64,000 bases of DNA from Macrostomum lignano (taxonomy: Eukaryota). Under the pieces are notes generated by a model, which saw only the letters and a program-made list of their open reading frames with translations, ran no database searches and was not told the DNA's origin. Position numbers and translations under genes: made by a program. The stretch spans positions 1-64,000 of the forward strand of contig NIVC01003188.1 of NCBI GenBank assembly GCA_002269645.1. The letters run 5' to 3'. Of this stretch, positions 36,292 through 62,908 are shown in pieces (the stretch's first letter is position 1; every line of letters begins with the position of its first letter).

Positions 36292-36965
36292 GCTGCGATG
36301 CTCTCGGTGCACTGCAGGTACTCTGCGATGCTCTCGATGCACTGCAGGTACTCTGCGATGCTCTCGATGCACTGCAGGTACTCTGCGATGCTCTCGGTGC
36401 ACTGCAGGTACTCTGCGATGCTCTCGGTGCACTGCAGGTACTCTGCGATGCTCTCGATGCACTGCAGGTACTCTGCGATGCTCTCGGTGCACTGCAGGTA
36501 CTCTGCGATGCTCTCGATGCACTGCAGGTACTCTGCGATGCTCTCGATGCACTGCAGGTACTCTGCGATGCTTAAACACTACAGGTACTCGGTGATGCTT
36601 AAACACTACAGGTACTCGGTGATGCTTAAACACTACAGGTACTCTGCGATGCTTAAACACTACAGGTACTCGGTGATGCTTAAAAACTACAGGTACTCTG
36701 CGATGCTTAAACACTACAGGTACTCTGCGATGCTTAAACACTACAGGTACTCGGTGATGCTTAAACACTACAGGTACTCGGTGATGCTTAAACACTACAG
36801 GTACTCGGTGATGCTTAAACACTACAGGTACTCGGTGATGCTTAAACACTACAGGTACTCGGTGATTCTTAAACACTACAGGTACACTGTGATGCTTAAA
36901 CACTACAGGTACTCGGTGATGCTTAAACACTACAGGTACTCGGTGATGCTTAAACACTACAGGTA
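36292..36965. repeat. 30-bp array switching to a related 27-bp array
   Basis: tctgcgatgctctcgatgcactgcaggtac units, then tcggtgatgcttaaacactacaggtac units from ~36570. Confidence 0.95.
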
Positions 36966-37060
36966 CTGCTGTGGTGCTCTGCGAGCCAATCACTTCCCCA
37001 TGAAAAGTTTTGCCTCTCGGTCGCTAGGTGGTGTTGGTTACTTCAGAATTGGTTTGACCT

Positions 37061-47640
<10,580 letters not shown>

Positions 47641-50606
47641 CTCCTTGAAGTTATATCCCGCTTTTTTGCAGGCGCTACCGAAATCGAATCAATTTGGAAC
47701 TTCTGCTGCAGGGCCGCTGTTTTGTTAAATAGTGTAGCGCGCTCCGCTTGGTTGTTTGCCGCCTCAATCTTTATACAATCCAGGCTTTTTGTCTCAAGTC
47801 TGCGGCTCATAGGCTCTTAGCTTCAGTCTGGACATTGTTTACTCGGCAATCTAACTGTCTAGCTTGGAATTAAGCCGCAGCACAAACCATTGCAGATAGA
47901 AAATTTAGGGTCTTTTACACACTTACACCTTGAAAATGCAGCCTTATAATTTAGTTTTTTCTATGCTGTGCGCCTTACCCATCCAGCAAACACAGAGGCA
48001 AATTCGAAGTGCCAGTTAGCACGGCTGTCTGCGAATAAGAGAACAACTGAGTGTAGAATGAGTGTATAATATTACGAGGGTAACGGAGGTTCGACCTTCA
48101 AATAGTTCTACTGTTTAGGATGCCAAGGGCCACCGGCATAAGCAATACACCTTTCCCGTTCAATTTCAACAAAACTCGCATTCAATTTCAACATGAAGGT
48201 ACGAGAGCAGAGGCAGAAGCGGCTTTATGAGTTGCGTCAGATGGACACAATCCATGCGCGTCAGTCAAGAAGGCGGGTTCTGTCTCTCGTCTGTAATGGA
48301 CCCCAGGGTTCAGCCTCATCATCTTCGTCACTGATTTCTTCTTCATCTCCTGCTTCTTCAAACATTTCCCCGTCGCTCATCCTTCTTCTTATTGGTACGG
48401 TATTATCTTTTCAAAATGAATTCTCCCGTACATGAAACAAAATTATGTCTTCTGGAAGCGAACTTAAAGGAGAGCACTCAGTTTAAAGAGGGATGCTATA
48501 GAGAGCCTCAGACAGTTACAGTTTTTGTTGTTAGTTTGAGAGGGGCTACTGAAGAGACTGAAGATTTACTGAAGAAAAAACAGCGCGCCAAAAATGTTGT
48601 GTTGAAATTTAATGCAGCATGCCTAAATTGAATGGGAAATCTGCATGCAGGAGCAAGTTTTGTCCATAGACAAATTAGTATAGCACCCTTACTATGGTAT
48701 GAAACAGAATATCCGATTGCCGAAATTGAATGCCGCTTGACGAATTGGAATGACGGTTGAAGTAGCTAAATATAGAATGATGAAATTGAATGTCAGCTTG
48801 CCGAAATAGAATGGGAGTTTTGTTGAAATTAAACGGAAAAGGTGTATAAAAGGTGTGTCAGGCTGCTAATTAGTTGTCAGAGGCCTTTAATGGGTTGCGA
48901 TTACGTTGGGTCGGTTGTAGGTCGGGAGCCGGTGCATGTACTGCTGTACTGCGCCAAGCGTAAAGGCGTAAAGGACAACTCGTCGAGCTCGAAGAATCCA
49001 AGGAGATGATTCAGAGAGAAGCTGAGAGCCATATGCGGACGGGTGAGGATGAGAAACTGGGAACTGGATGGAAAAGGGAGAGAGAACTACATCCCAGTCC
49101 CAGCACTCTTCCTTAATACAACTGCGTACGTAGAAGTACGTAGAAAAAACCCGGTCCCGGTTGACCATGCAGCCTAAACGTGCAGGTGATGATGTGCAAC
49201 ACGAGCTAAAGGGCTGCACTAATTATGAACTGATTTATAGTAAAAAAAATGCATTTTAAATGGATAATAGGTTTAAAAAATAAGATAGGGAAAGACAAAA
49301 AAGGTTGTTGCGGAAAGGAGCGATACAAATTTGTATGGACTGCCTTCATTATATATATGACTCATGTTTTATGACAGAAAAATTATATAAATAGGACGAT
49401 TAAAATTAATAGTTGTAGACACAGATTTTTTATTTTTTCGTTTATATTGATGCGAAATATACACGAAATTACTACATATTTGTATTATATTTTTAATTTC
49501 AGTGAAACTATTTATTTATCACTATTTAAAAGTACTGTGTACATACTAGCATTTTTCGGAGTTCCTTTGCAATTATTCAGTATAATGTGCATATACTATA
49601 TGTGCATATGCTATTTAAGCGGTGCATTTATCTACTGTTTATACTTTGTATTTAGCATGTTCGTTATCTTTAAATTTTCGTGTTTAAAATTTTTAGAGCA
49701 ATTTTTTTCTACCGGGTTAGAAAGCACGAACTGAAACACCTACGAAAGTTATAACAAAAACAACGACTAATAAACTTATTAAAGCATATTGTATATAAAG
49801 TACCTGCATAAATGTTGTTCTTATGCAACTTTATTCAAAAAATTAAACTTTGTTAGTAAATTTCGATCGCGGTATCTACTATAAATATTTCACCTCTTTC
49901 GCTTTATGCTAATTTTAAGATTTGAGCAATTCAAGAGCTTTGATGAGAGCGCGTGACACAGCACCAATAAAACAACTCAAAGAAGTGTATGTAGACAGTG
50001 ATAAAAAATCATCAGAAACTTTACATTTCTTGGAAACTATAGTGCTTCATTACTAAATTTAAATGGTGAGCCTAATGAAGAATTGATTTGATTTTATTGT
50101 GTAATTCCGAACATTTTTTTGTCTAAAAAATTAATAGAATAAATGTTTTTTATGGATATACAACTGGAGTAAAAACTTGTTTTTAAGCAAATTTTTTTAT
50201 ATATCAGCAATGAAAATATAAATGAAAATTTTAAGTCTCAAGTTTCAATTGAACATTTTTGAAAATGTTTCTAGTCGTAGTTTCTCTTTTTCGGAAAATA
50301 TTGAGATAAATTTTACCGTAAGTAAACTCAATTCAAACGAAATGAAAGATTTCAAATTAAAACGAAATGAAAGAATAGTTAAAAAATATTTTTTAAAGTT
50401 TTTCTCATCTACACCATGACAAGTTTTTAATGCCAAGTTAAAGGCAGTATAGCAGAATGTGTTTGTTAAATATAAAATTATTTTTTTAGTATAACTTTTT
50501 CGACGGACATGAGCCAATTTTCCAATTTATCAATCGCCAATTCACCTCTCAACGCTCCTCCCATCAGCAGCAACAGCGGCATCACTGGCCACCCGACGAG
50601 TTTCGC

Positions 50607-51979
50607 GTGATCGAGTTGCATCACATGAAGCTCGGCCACTTCCTGGCCTACAACTGCTTGGGCAACGCGGCGATGCACGCGGCGCTGTATCCGCTGGCCC
50701 TGGCGCGCACTCGGATCACTGCGCAGCCCGGCCGGCTGGAGTACAGCGGCTTCGCGCACTGCCTGCGATCCGTGCTAGCCCACGAGGGCCTGCGCGGCCT
50801 CTACGCCGGAGCGTGGACGCGCGCTGCTCACGTGATCAACGCCGCTTTAGTTGGGGTCACCTACGAGACGGTGCGCGCCTCGGCAGAGCCGCTGCCAGCG
50901 CCGGCGCGTGGTGCCGTTGCCGGCGGATGCGCCGCGCTCGCCTCCCAAGCGCTGCTGGTGCCCGCCGACGTGGTCACCCAGCACATCATGCTGCTGCCCA
51001 TGGCGCGGCTCAGTCCCGTGGCCGCCACGGTTGCCATGGCGCCCGGGGCCGGCTGGCTAGGCCAGGCAGGAGCTGTGATTCGCTGGATCCGACGGAGGCA
51101 CGGGCTGGCGGGCTTCTACAAGGTGAGGCCGATCACCAAGCTGACACACTTTTGTGAGCAGTTCAATTGCAACTCGGATTTTGCAAAGTAAACGGAATTA
51201 AGCTAGTCTTTGAAACGTTTGAATACATGTAATTTATCAATCTTTACGCTCACACGTCCAAAGACCATGAGTTCGATTCCGCGCACTGCCAAAGTAGCTT
51301 GAGGCTCGTGCAAGGAAATAAGTCGATGGGGACTGGACGCTCCTTGTCGTGCGATTCACACCCATGAGGGCCAACTCCTTTAAAGCAAAGAGTGCGCGGA
51401 TGTCCTTGAACACGTCAATGTTGCATAATTGAAGGTCGTACACCACGTATGCCCCTGTGCGCTTGCGTGCTCAAGGTTCAGCTGAATGGGCATGTCTGCT
51501 ATAAAATACGAGTTTATCTCAGAAAACTCTGGCTGAGGCAACTCGATTTTGCATCTACATGTAACTCCTCGCCTGTCCATCCCCAGGGAGGTCTGTGGTC
51601 GCTAGTGCTGTTCCTGCCCAACTCGGCGGCCATGTGGTCCGCCTATAGCGCCTACTGCGACTGGCTCTACCGCTGGCTCGATTCGCCTCCTCGACTGGCC
51701 GTCCAGCTCACCGCGGCACCGCTGGCAGGCGCCACGGCCGGTCTGCTGACCAACCCCATCGATGTCCTGCGCCTCCGCGTCATGCTGCAGGCCGACCGCG
51801 GTGCCGGCGCTAGGGACGCACTGCGTCGACTCTGGGCCGAGGAGGGACCGGCCTGGCTGGCCAAGGGCCTGAGCGCCCGCCTGGCGCAGTCAGCTCTGTT
51901 TAGCTTCCTGTTTGTACTTTATTATGAGCCGGCTAAGCGGCTGGCGCTAAAAGACGAATTCAAAGGCGCCCTGCTTTGA
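50607..51979 (+). CDS. SLC25A44: SLC25A44-like mitochondrial carrier; exons (start uncertain)-51122 and 51587-51979
   Basis: RVIE..YPLALARTR, EGLRGLY, VAGG..ASQ..VPADVVTQH, GFYK/GGLWSL..PNSA, TNPIDVLRLR, EEG..LAKGLSAR; three carrier repeats; intron 51123-51586 is GT-AG, phase 0. Confidence 0.85.
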
Positions 51980-52087
51980 CCACCGAGTCTATTCGTAATG
52001 TCTCTAAGTCGATGGACTTCGATCCCCGCGGTTGAAATCTGTACCACAATCGTCTCATGTGACCAGACTTGTTTCCATCCAAACCAA

Positions 52088-52320
52088 AGTGACGTCATCC
52101 GATCTGACCTTTGTCCGTATTAACCCGGTCTGACGTCATCCGATCTGACCTTTGACCGCATTTAACCTGGTCTGACGTCATCCAGTCTGACCTTTGACCG
52201 CATTTAACCCGGTCTGACACAATCCGATCTGAACTTTGACCGTAACCTGGTCTGACGTCATCCGATCTGACCTTTGACCGTATTTAACCTGGTCTGACGT
52301 CATCCGATCTGACCTTGAAC
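52088..52320. repeat. ~42-43-bp tandem repeat (tgacgtcatccgatctgacctttgaccg..), 5-6 copies
   Basis: Direct repeats downstream of the SLC25A44 stop; most units contain TGACGTCA. Confidence 0.85.
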
Positions 52321-53299
52321 TTAATTAAGCGGAGTGACTCGTTAAAGCTACTGTTTCATCTTTGCGTCTTCTTACACAACTCTTACTCAAGTATGCTTCA
52401 CTTGAGCAGTTTTGCTGTGCCCGCTCTGTTGCTTGCTCGTAAGTTTGATTTTCGTGCTGAATAATTTTGTTATTCAGACGTCAACTTGCGCTACTTACAA
52501 GCGATAGTCCACTCTGGCCACGCTGAACCCCCTGACCCGATCCAAGGTACAGAAAGCACGAGGTAGACTCGACTGATAAAGTATCGACTGACTTTAATTG
52601 CACTGACAGTTTATTAAGAATTGTAGTTGTTATTGGATATTACCAGATTCCTATATTCAGATGAATTCTAAAACACCACCTACAGGTTAACTGCTTGCTT
52701 TATGCGCTTGTATTTGCATTTAAAATACACGTACGAGTAATACTGTTAAATTGTTTGCCACTAAGAGTAACTTCTTTCAAACTCAAATTATCATTATATT
52801 CAATTGAAAACCCGAAATTCAAGTACATCATGGACTTCAATGGTTTACCTTCGTCAGTCAAGTGTAGCCACAGATTCTATATTACCTAGATGTGCCACTC
52901 CAGCGGCCGTCTCCGAGGCCCCCGTGGCCCGGAGGCAGCAGCAGCTAGTCAATAGAGCCAATCAAGTGGAAAATTCCATACAGAATCAGTGCCAAATGTC
53001 AGAAATGAAGCTTTGTGGCCAGCATAATTAATTGTCTTTCAACCAGAGAGAAGAGCTCTGAATATCGCCGTACCAACTAAGCCAGATCTTGTTTAACTCG
53101 GAAAAAAAACCGGCATCAGATCGGATTTTCCGAGTCTATTTTTAGAAACACGTCAATGTTGCACGCACTGTGCACGTGGGACTGGGTGAGAATTCAAGCA
53201 GGCCAAAAATAACAGCACCCACTCATTTCACTCGTGTCCGCACAGACACTACTGCCCAATTGATAGTTAGTCTACTGTACTGCATTGCTATTGTGAAGT

Positions 53300-53376
53300 T
53301 TCAAAGGATCGGAGGGCCGGATAGAGAGGCTTTGCGGGCCGCATGTGGCCCACGGACCGGAGTTCGCTGAGCCCTG
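53300..53376. mobile_element. hAT/Charlie-like element terminal fragment
   Basis: gcgggccgcatgtggcccacggaccggagtt..ccctg resembles the Charlie-type MITE end; the partner end was not found. Confidence 0.45.
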
Positions 53377-54585
53377 CCTTAGGCTGATAAATAAGGACAA
53401 AGATGTTGGGGATAAATAACCTACAATGTTGTGCAGTTCACTGAACGCTTGCTAAAAGCAATCAAAAGCAAGTTAATCTCTTTAGTTTAGTATATTTGGC
53501 AATTTCCAAAAAACACCTGTTGTCAGACAAGGTTATAAGGGTGAGAGCTAGCCACTGTCTCACAGCATCTGCTTGGCAAATTGAAGCATTTAGAGCACTC
53601 TCTGCATAGCACCAACCTACTCGGACAGGCTATAAAACAGTTTCTAAAAAATGATAGATAAAGCAATTACCCTATATACATACTACTACCGACACGAGCA
53701 TATCCAGTAGTACCAACAGTATATTCCCTAGTAATTTTTAGAAAATAAAAAAATGGCTAATGCAATAGATAAAACTGCTGCAACATACAGTGTTGTAAAC
53801 ATTATAAAATGATGAACGATTTGTAATTGGCATCGGAAGAAGCAAATGTAGTCACATGTAGAAGAAACACAGCTGGAAGAGATCAACACAGCAGAGTAAG
53901 CCAAATTCTAAGCTAGCCAAAAATGGCTGTCACATTTTTTCAAAACAGACCTCTAAATAAAAATGTTTATTCCCATTCATCATAATCATCATGATCACAA
54001 AAATCCTACTCAAAACACAATGTTATTAGTATCGAATCTTGGTCATTCCGCTGACTACTACGCACTCGTACACACGCTCACTCAGGGTGTACATCGGCCC
54101 TGACTGTCTAATCGTCAGGCATGTACACTCTGTGTCTTAGGGGTTGGCTCTCATGGCTGTGAATCCCACGACAACCGCATGGCCGATTTTCACGCACAAG
54201 CCCCAAATGCATGCGGTTGCGCAAGTCTTCTATTATCTACCTGTGGCGCTCGGTTTTCCATTTCTATCAGCTGCTAATTTTAAACTGGATGATCCAAGCT
54301 AAACACAGTAGAGTCCAGTTACAAAGACAACTTGAGTACAATGACAATGACGGGAAACATTTGATTTCTTAGAAAATCTTTGGGGACTGGCTTACTTTGT
54401 AGATATGGGCCTTTCTCAAATAATATTAACATCAAAGTGCTCAAAGACCGCGAGAAGCAATTAGAAATCTTTCGCGACCGCCACCACACCTCAGATGAAA
54501 TCCTGGCTACGCCATCGGCCTTCAAAAGATTTTAAAAGAAATGTGGAGTTTCCCGTCCAATTCTACCTAATTAGCCGTCCTTGAT

Positions 54586-56346
54586 TCACAGCGCGGATTG
54601 CGAAGTTAAAGCAGGCCCGCCGGCAGGAGAGAGGTTCGATTCGGCCAGCACTCGCCGCACCACCCGATCGCAGAGGTCGCGCATGGCTGACGGCTGGCAG
54701 CTGTGCTCAAGCCAGGCCAGCGATCGGCCGGACAGCTCAACAAAACTCGACGCGTCGCCAGTGGCTGAATTAAACGAATCGAATAATTCGTCCATAACGC
54801 CGCGAAAGACGGCCAGTTTAACGCTGTCCGGCACGCGGACGGAGGCGGCGGCGGCGGACAGCGAGGAGGCCAGTCTGCCTGAGGCCAGCAACTGGCGGTA
54901 GCTTTCTTCGATTACCTGTAGCGCCGCTACCTGCGAGTTGTTGGGATTAGAAATCTATTATAAAATCTTTTTTTGCCTCTTGAAGCTCTGCTAACTGACT
55001 TGCAGCTTTGCAGGGTCATTTTTGGCGACAAATTAATCAAGTTGATTGTTTTCCCGACATAAATGGCTAGGCTCACAGATGCTATATTAGCTACTTTCCA
55101 TAAGTAGTATTATCTCGTATTTCTACTACGTATGAGTGTAAGCCTAGGGGGTTGTAGCTTAGTGGTTAAAGCGTCGGACTGACGACTTGAAGGTCGGGGG
55201 TTCGATTCTCGACTCACTAGGAACAATTTGTGTCCTTGAGCAAGACACTTAACTCTGCATTGCTTCAGTTCACCCAGCTGTGAAATAGGTGCCAGCATTA
55301 GCTGGGGTAATTGAGGCTGTTTGTGGCGACCCGTGGCGACTATTTTTGGAATTTCCTATTTTTGGATATTAAATTCTATGCTATTGGTACGGCGCTTCGT
55401 GGCGCTCGATTATTTTCTCGGAAAATCAGAAATCGGAAAATCGAGCTAAAGCTCGATAATTAATTAGAAAGAATTAATTATTTCTACCTTCGAGTCTTCT
55501 CTAAGACTCTAACTCGTCTTTAATTGCCTATCCTCACGCCAGATGTTTAACCACCCAAGCAATGTATACTGACCCGCAACTAAATGTACATTATTCCTTC
55601 AGTTCTTATTTTACCCCCCCCTCCTTAATTTCTTGCCTATCCTCTCGCTCTGGGGTTTAGGTATCTACTATGTACATTAACTACTGTACGTTGTTTTCTG
55701 CCTTTCATTTCTAACTCTAGCCCCAGTTTTATGGCCTATCATCAAGTCAGGGGTAAAACTTCTATCAATGTACGCTGTCCCGCTAGAAAATTTACATTAC
55801 TCTCGCCATTAAATTACAGCCTATTCATTTTATTTCCAATCCTCAGGCCCGGGGTTAAAGCATCAAACTTTTACGCACAAAAGTACATTTTAGCTACTAT
55901 TAACATTTTATATTTGTATAGTAGCTTTATATCAATTACTAATCCAGCACACAGAAACTACAGCAACTTCACTTGCTACTTGCAAGTATAATAAGCTGAA
56001 AGTACAAAGAATTAACCTGTTTTTTCAAGCAGTCCAACTCGGCCTCCTGCAGTTCCCGCTGCCTATTTAGAGACTCCATGTGCCGAATCGATCGCTGCAG
56101 GATTGTCGCCTTGCTAAGCGCGGCTCCTTTGCCGCCGCCGTCGCCGGTCCCGCCGCCAGACTGGACCAGTTCGCTCAGCCTCTCGTAGCCCAGCTTAATG
56201 CTGTCGCGCCGTTTCTGCTCGGATTGCAGGTGCAACTCCCGACGCCTGTCCGCGGCCGCTGCTGCGGCGGCTGCGGCATCATCATTACACTGCTGCTGTT
56301 GCTGCTTGCGCTCTTCATCGGACTGAGTAGTCTTGAGCATGACCAT
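54586..56346 (-). CDS. MLX: Max-like protein X (bHLH-ZIP plus DCD domain); exons ~56346-56017 and 54930-54586
   Basis: RRRELHLQSEQKRRDSIKLGYERL..LSKATILQRSI, zipper continuing KKQ/VAALQVIEESYRQL, and VKLAVFRGVMDELFDSFN..SF.ELS..WLE..CQP (MLX C-terminal domain). The start codon is uncertain. Confidence 0.88.
55145..55332 (+). mobile_element. tRNA-head SINE, copy 4 (3'-truncated), in the MLX intron
   Basis: A-box tagcttagtgg, B-box ggttcgattc and the core are present; homology stops at ~55332. Confidence 0.85.
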
Positions 56347-56469
56347 TAAAGTATAATGGATTTCTGGTGTATTAGTGCTTGAATTTCTCTCACAGATCTT
56401 TGCAACCTTCACCAATAGTGGACAAGATAAAGTGCCAGTTGATGCCCACTGAGTGCTAGCTAATTACCA

Positions 56470-56825
56470 CTGAGTGCGAGCTAATACCCTCCAGATGCCA
56501 GCTAATACCCTCTAGATGCTTGCAAATACCCTATAGATGCTTGCAAATACCCTCTAGATGCTTGCAAATACCCTATAGATGTCTGTAAATACCCTCTAGA
56601 TGCCAGCCAATACCGTCTAGATGCCAGCCAATACCCTCTAGATGCCAGCTAATACCCTCTAGATGCCAGCTAATACCCTCTAGATGCCAGCTAATACCCT
56701 CTAGATGCCAGCTAATACCCTCTAGATGCCAGCTAATACCCTCTAGATGCCAGCTAATACCCTCTAGATGCCAGCTAATATCCTCTAGATGCCAGCTAAT
56801 ACCCTCTATATGCCAGCTAATACCC
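56470..56825. repeat. 21-bp minisatellite (taataccctctagatgccagc)
   Basis: About 17 copies. Confidence 0.9.
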
Positions 56826-57504
56826 ACAAACAAATAGTTGTTACCTACTAAAAGCTACCTCAAAATGAAGCAGAAAGCAAAGCGAGACTGAAGGAACGAA
56901 TGAGTGCGATTGAAATTATTACAATTATTCAGGTACCGATTTAATTATGCGCGCAGATTTCTGAATAACTGGCAGGCCAGCACTATAGTTTTGTGCAGAA
57001 AATTGAAAGAAAAAAATGTGCTAAGAAAGCATATTAGACAATAAATGAAATTATTTGATCACCAATTTATAGGAATCATATACATATACATATATTGTTT
57101 CTGTTGGTGTGTATAGAGTATTAGAAAATTGAATATATTAATGAAAAGGCCGGTTAAATGTATAAAAAAAACGAGGTGCTTTTTGAACACAACAGGGAAT
57201 GCTTTTCATTAAAAAAATTAAAAGACAGCTGTGCAAAAGGATTTTGTAAAGGAATTTGAGGCTTAAATCTGCTTCCTTCCTTTTAATAAAGAAAACTTAA
57301 CATTGCCGTCAGTCAGCCAATCAGTGAATAAATTTTTATATTCAAATGCACATATAACTATAACAAACTAAATTATGGCATAATTTTAAATATCTTGATT
57401 TTTTATTGGACTACTAAGAGTAGTAGATAACAGAAGTTCATAAGGCACGGCGAAACAAATCATGAATTGAAACACCGCCGCACTTCAGTTGACATTTACC
57501 TAAA

Positions 57505-57772
57505 AAAGTGCCAGTTGACACCCTTAAAAGTGCCAGTTGACACCCTTAAAGTACCAGTTGACACCCTTAAAGTACCAGTTGACACCCTTAAAAGTGCCAG
57601 TTGACACCCTTAAAAGTACCAGTTGACACCCTTAAAGTACCAGTTGACACCCTTAAAGTACCAGTTGACACCCTTAAAGTACCAGTTGACACCCTTAAAA
57701 GTGCCATTTGACACCCTTAAAACCCTTAAAAATGCCAGGTGACACCCCTAAAAGTGCCAGTTGACACCCTCA
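57505..57772. repeat. 21-22-bp minisatellite (gtaccagttgacacccttaaa)
   Basis: About 12 copies. Confidence 0.9.
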
Positions 57773-58204
57773 AAATTGCTGGGTGACAATGTGACTGAGC
57801 ATAGTAGTACTCAGACAAAAGTTAATAATAAAAAACCTAAAGCTACACAGAGCACGAAGAGACTTGGACACAATGCATTTGTTGAGTTAACAAACTCCTA
57901 TAAAGTTAGATCAGATACACAGGAAGGCAAGCACAGAACATTGGACAATAATAAAATAAGATTGGCTAAAATATTTTACCCAGTTGAAATTAGCCCATAT
58001 TATAACTATAGTCCCAATTGGACATTGCTCAGCAAATGACAATCTGAACTATAGTACAAAAGCGATTAACCTACAGAAACAAACTTTTGTTTAATCACAA
58101 CATTGCTGAGAAGAATGGAAAAATTGCTTCAATAGCGTCGGGGCTTCTTTTTTAAATAAAAAACTGTACTAAATGATAACTGTACTCTTGGGAGGGCGGT
58201 GGAG

Positions 58205-58955
58205 GCCCAGCAGCTGAGGATCTGAGATGGTGGCCTAGCAGCTGAGGATCTGGGATGGTGGCCTAGCAGCTGAGGATCTGAGATGGTGGCCTAGCAGCTG
58301 AGGATCTGAGATGGTGGCCTAGCAGCTGAGGATCTGGGAGGCTGGCCGAGCAACTGACACTCTGGGAGGCTGGCCCAGCAACTGAGGATCTGGGAGGCTG
58401 GTTCAGCAACTGAGGATCTGGGAGGCTGGTTCAGCAACTGGGGATCTGGGAGGCTGGCCGAGCAACTGACACTCCGGGAGGCTGGCCGAGCAACTGACAC
58501 TCTGGGAGGCTGGCCCAGCAACTGAGGATCTGGGAGGCTGGTTCAGCAACTGAGGATCTGGGAGGCTGGTTCAGCAACTGTGGATCTGGGAGGCTGGCCC
58601 AGCAACTGAGGATCTGGGAGGCTGGCCCAGCAACTGAGGATCTGGGAGGCTGGCCCAGCAACTGTGGATCTGGGAGGCTGGCCCAGCAACTGAGGATCTG
58701 GGAGGCTGGTTCAGCAACTGAGGATCTGGGAGGCTGGCCCAGCAACTGTGGATCTGGGAGGCTGGCCCAGCAACTGAGGATCTGGGAGGCTGGTTCAGCA
58801 ACTGTGGATCTGGGAGGCTGGTTCAGCAACTGAGGATCTGGGAGGCTGGCCCAGCAACTGACACTCTGGGAGGGCGGCCCAGCAGCTGAGGATCTGGGAG
58901 GCTGGCCCAGCAACTGACACTCTGGGAGGGCGGCCCAGCAGCTGAGGATCTGGAA
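58205..58955. repeat. 28-bp minisatellite (cagcaactgaggatctgggaggctggcc)
   Basis: About 26 copies downstream of the Rab11 stop codon. Confidence 0.95.
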
Positions 58956-59065
58956 GGGTGGCGATAGACAAAATAACAAATGCCTCAAACAGACAGCAAC
59001 AGTTCATTCAAAGTGGAACTAAGCAGAACCAGCAGTCCCAGCCAATCAGCGCATCCTGAGAGCAT

Positions 59066-61726
<2,661 letters not shown>

Positions 61727-62908
61727 GATAGCCAATTTAAGCAGATTTAAATGAAAAATAAACTTCTTTTAAAATGAATATTTTCGAGCTTGACAAATCT
61801 AACTAAATTAAATATCGTAGATGCAGTTGCAGATTACTAGGACTTATTAATCTGTCGTCACCCGTACCGCTAACTTCAAGCGCCAGGCTTCGCTCATCAT
61901 AATAATGCCTCCGAAATAAAGAAGTTAAAATATTGGATACTTTAGCAACCGATAAAAACAAAGGTAATACATAGAAACTGTTATAAAGCTTCTATTGTAC
62001 GTTGCCTGCTTCTTTTAAGCATAAACTGATATTTGAACTGATTTAAGGAGCAAAACTAAATGAAAAAACGAATTTTGTGAAAAGCGGCTGCAGGTTTACT
62101 TAATTGTGAATCATCAGTGAGCAATCTGCGGTGTCTTTAATATTTCTGGCAACCTTGCGAAATTACTATTCTCAGATTCACGCCTAACTTAATTTTACTG
62201 TAGCCTCTCCTTCTTAAAAAGTACTACCAATTCTATAGAAAACTGAAAACCTGTATTATGGCTTTCGGGCTTGATTTATTCGTATCCATGTGCATATGCA
62301 TATCATTTTTAGTAAATTTTCTAAGTGACTACAGTGACTTACAGTGACTTTTAAATTGTTGAAAATAGAAAACTTTTAGCGAAACGTGAACAACTACAAT
62401 CCAATTTGCAGCAGTTACATGTGGCTAATAGTGTATTTAATCAAATTTAAAGTATGCATATACGAACTAGCATACATCTACAATTAGTTTCTATTTGTAA
62501 TTGCAATATAGAAAAAAATACATATTTGCTACTTGTGCATGTACGTGTATTTTTCGAAACAGTTCGGAATATCATTCAACTTCTTTTCATCCCAAATCAA
62601 CTTCTGTTAATCGTAGCCTAAATATTCTCGTTCATTCATATTCACAGACTTGTCCCAAAAATGTCCCTAGGAATGTACAAGAGAAGTACATTCCATATAA
62701 ATTTCATTCAAATCCATCTATCTAATCCTGCAGCCAATCATCTTATTCTCAAATATTAGGCAAACATGAGCATGCAAACATACATGCATACACGCAAAAC
62801 ATACACGCATAAGTGTACAATGCAATGATGCGAGACTTAAAAGTACACGTACGATTACAAAGGAAAGAATCTCTGATATGCAAAAAACGTCTCACTATTT
62901 TATAGTCT

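Noticed and set aside
48000-49250. Possible decayed transposon (CCAGCAAACAC start, GAAATTGAATG repeats, short ORFs)
   Set aside because: No matching second terminus or TSD was found and the ORFs have no recognisable domain.
55145-55220. tRNA gene
   Set aside because: A and B boxes are present, but the sequence continues into the shared SINE core and no full cloverleaf is evident; the same holds for the other three copies.
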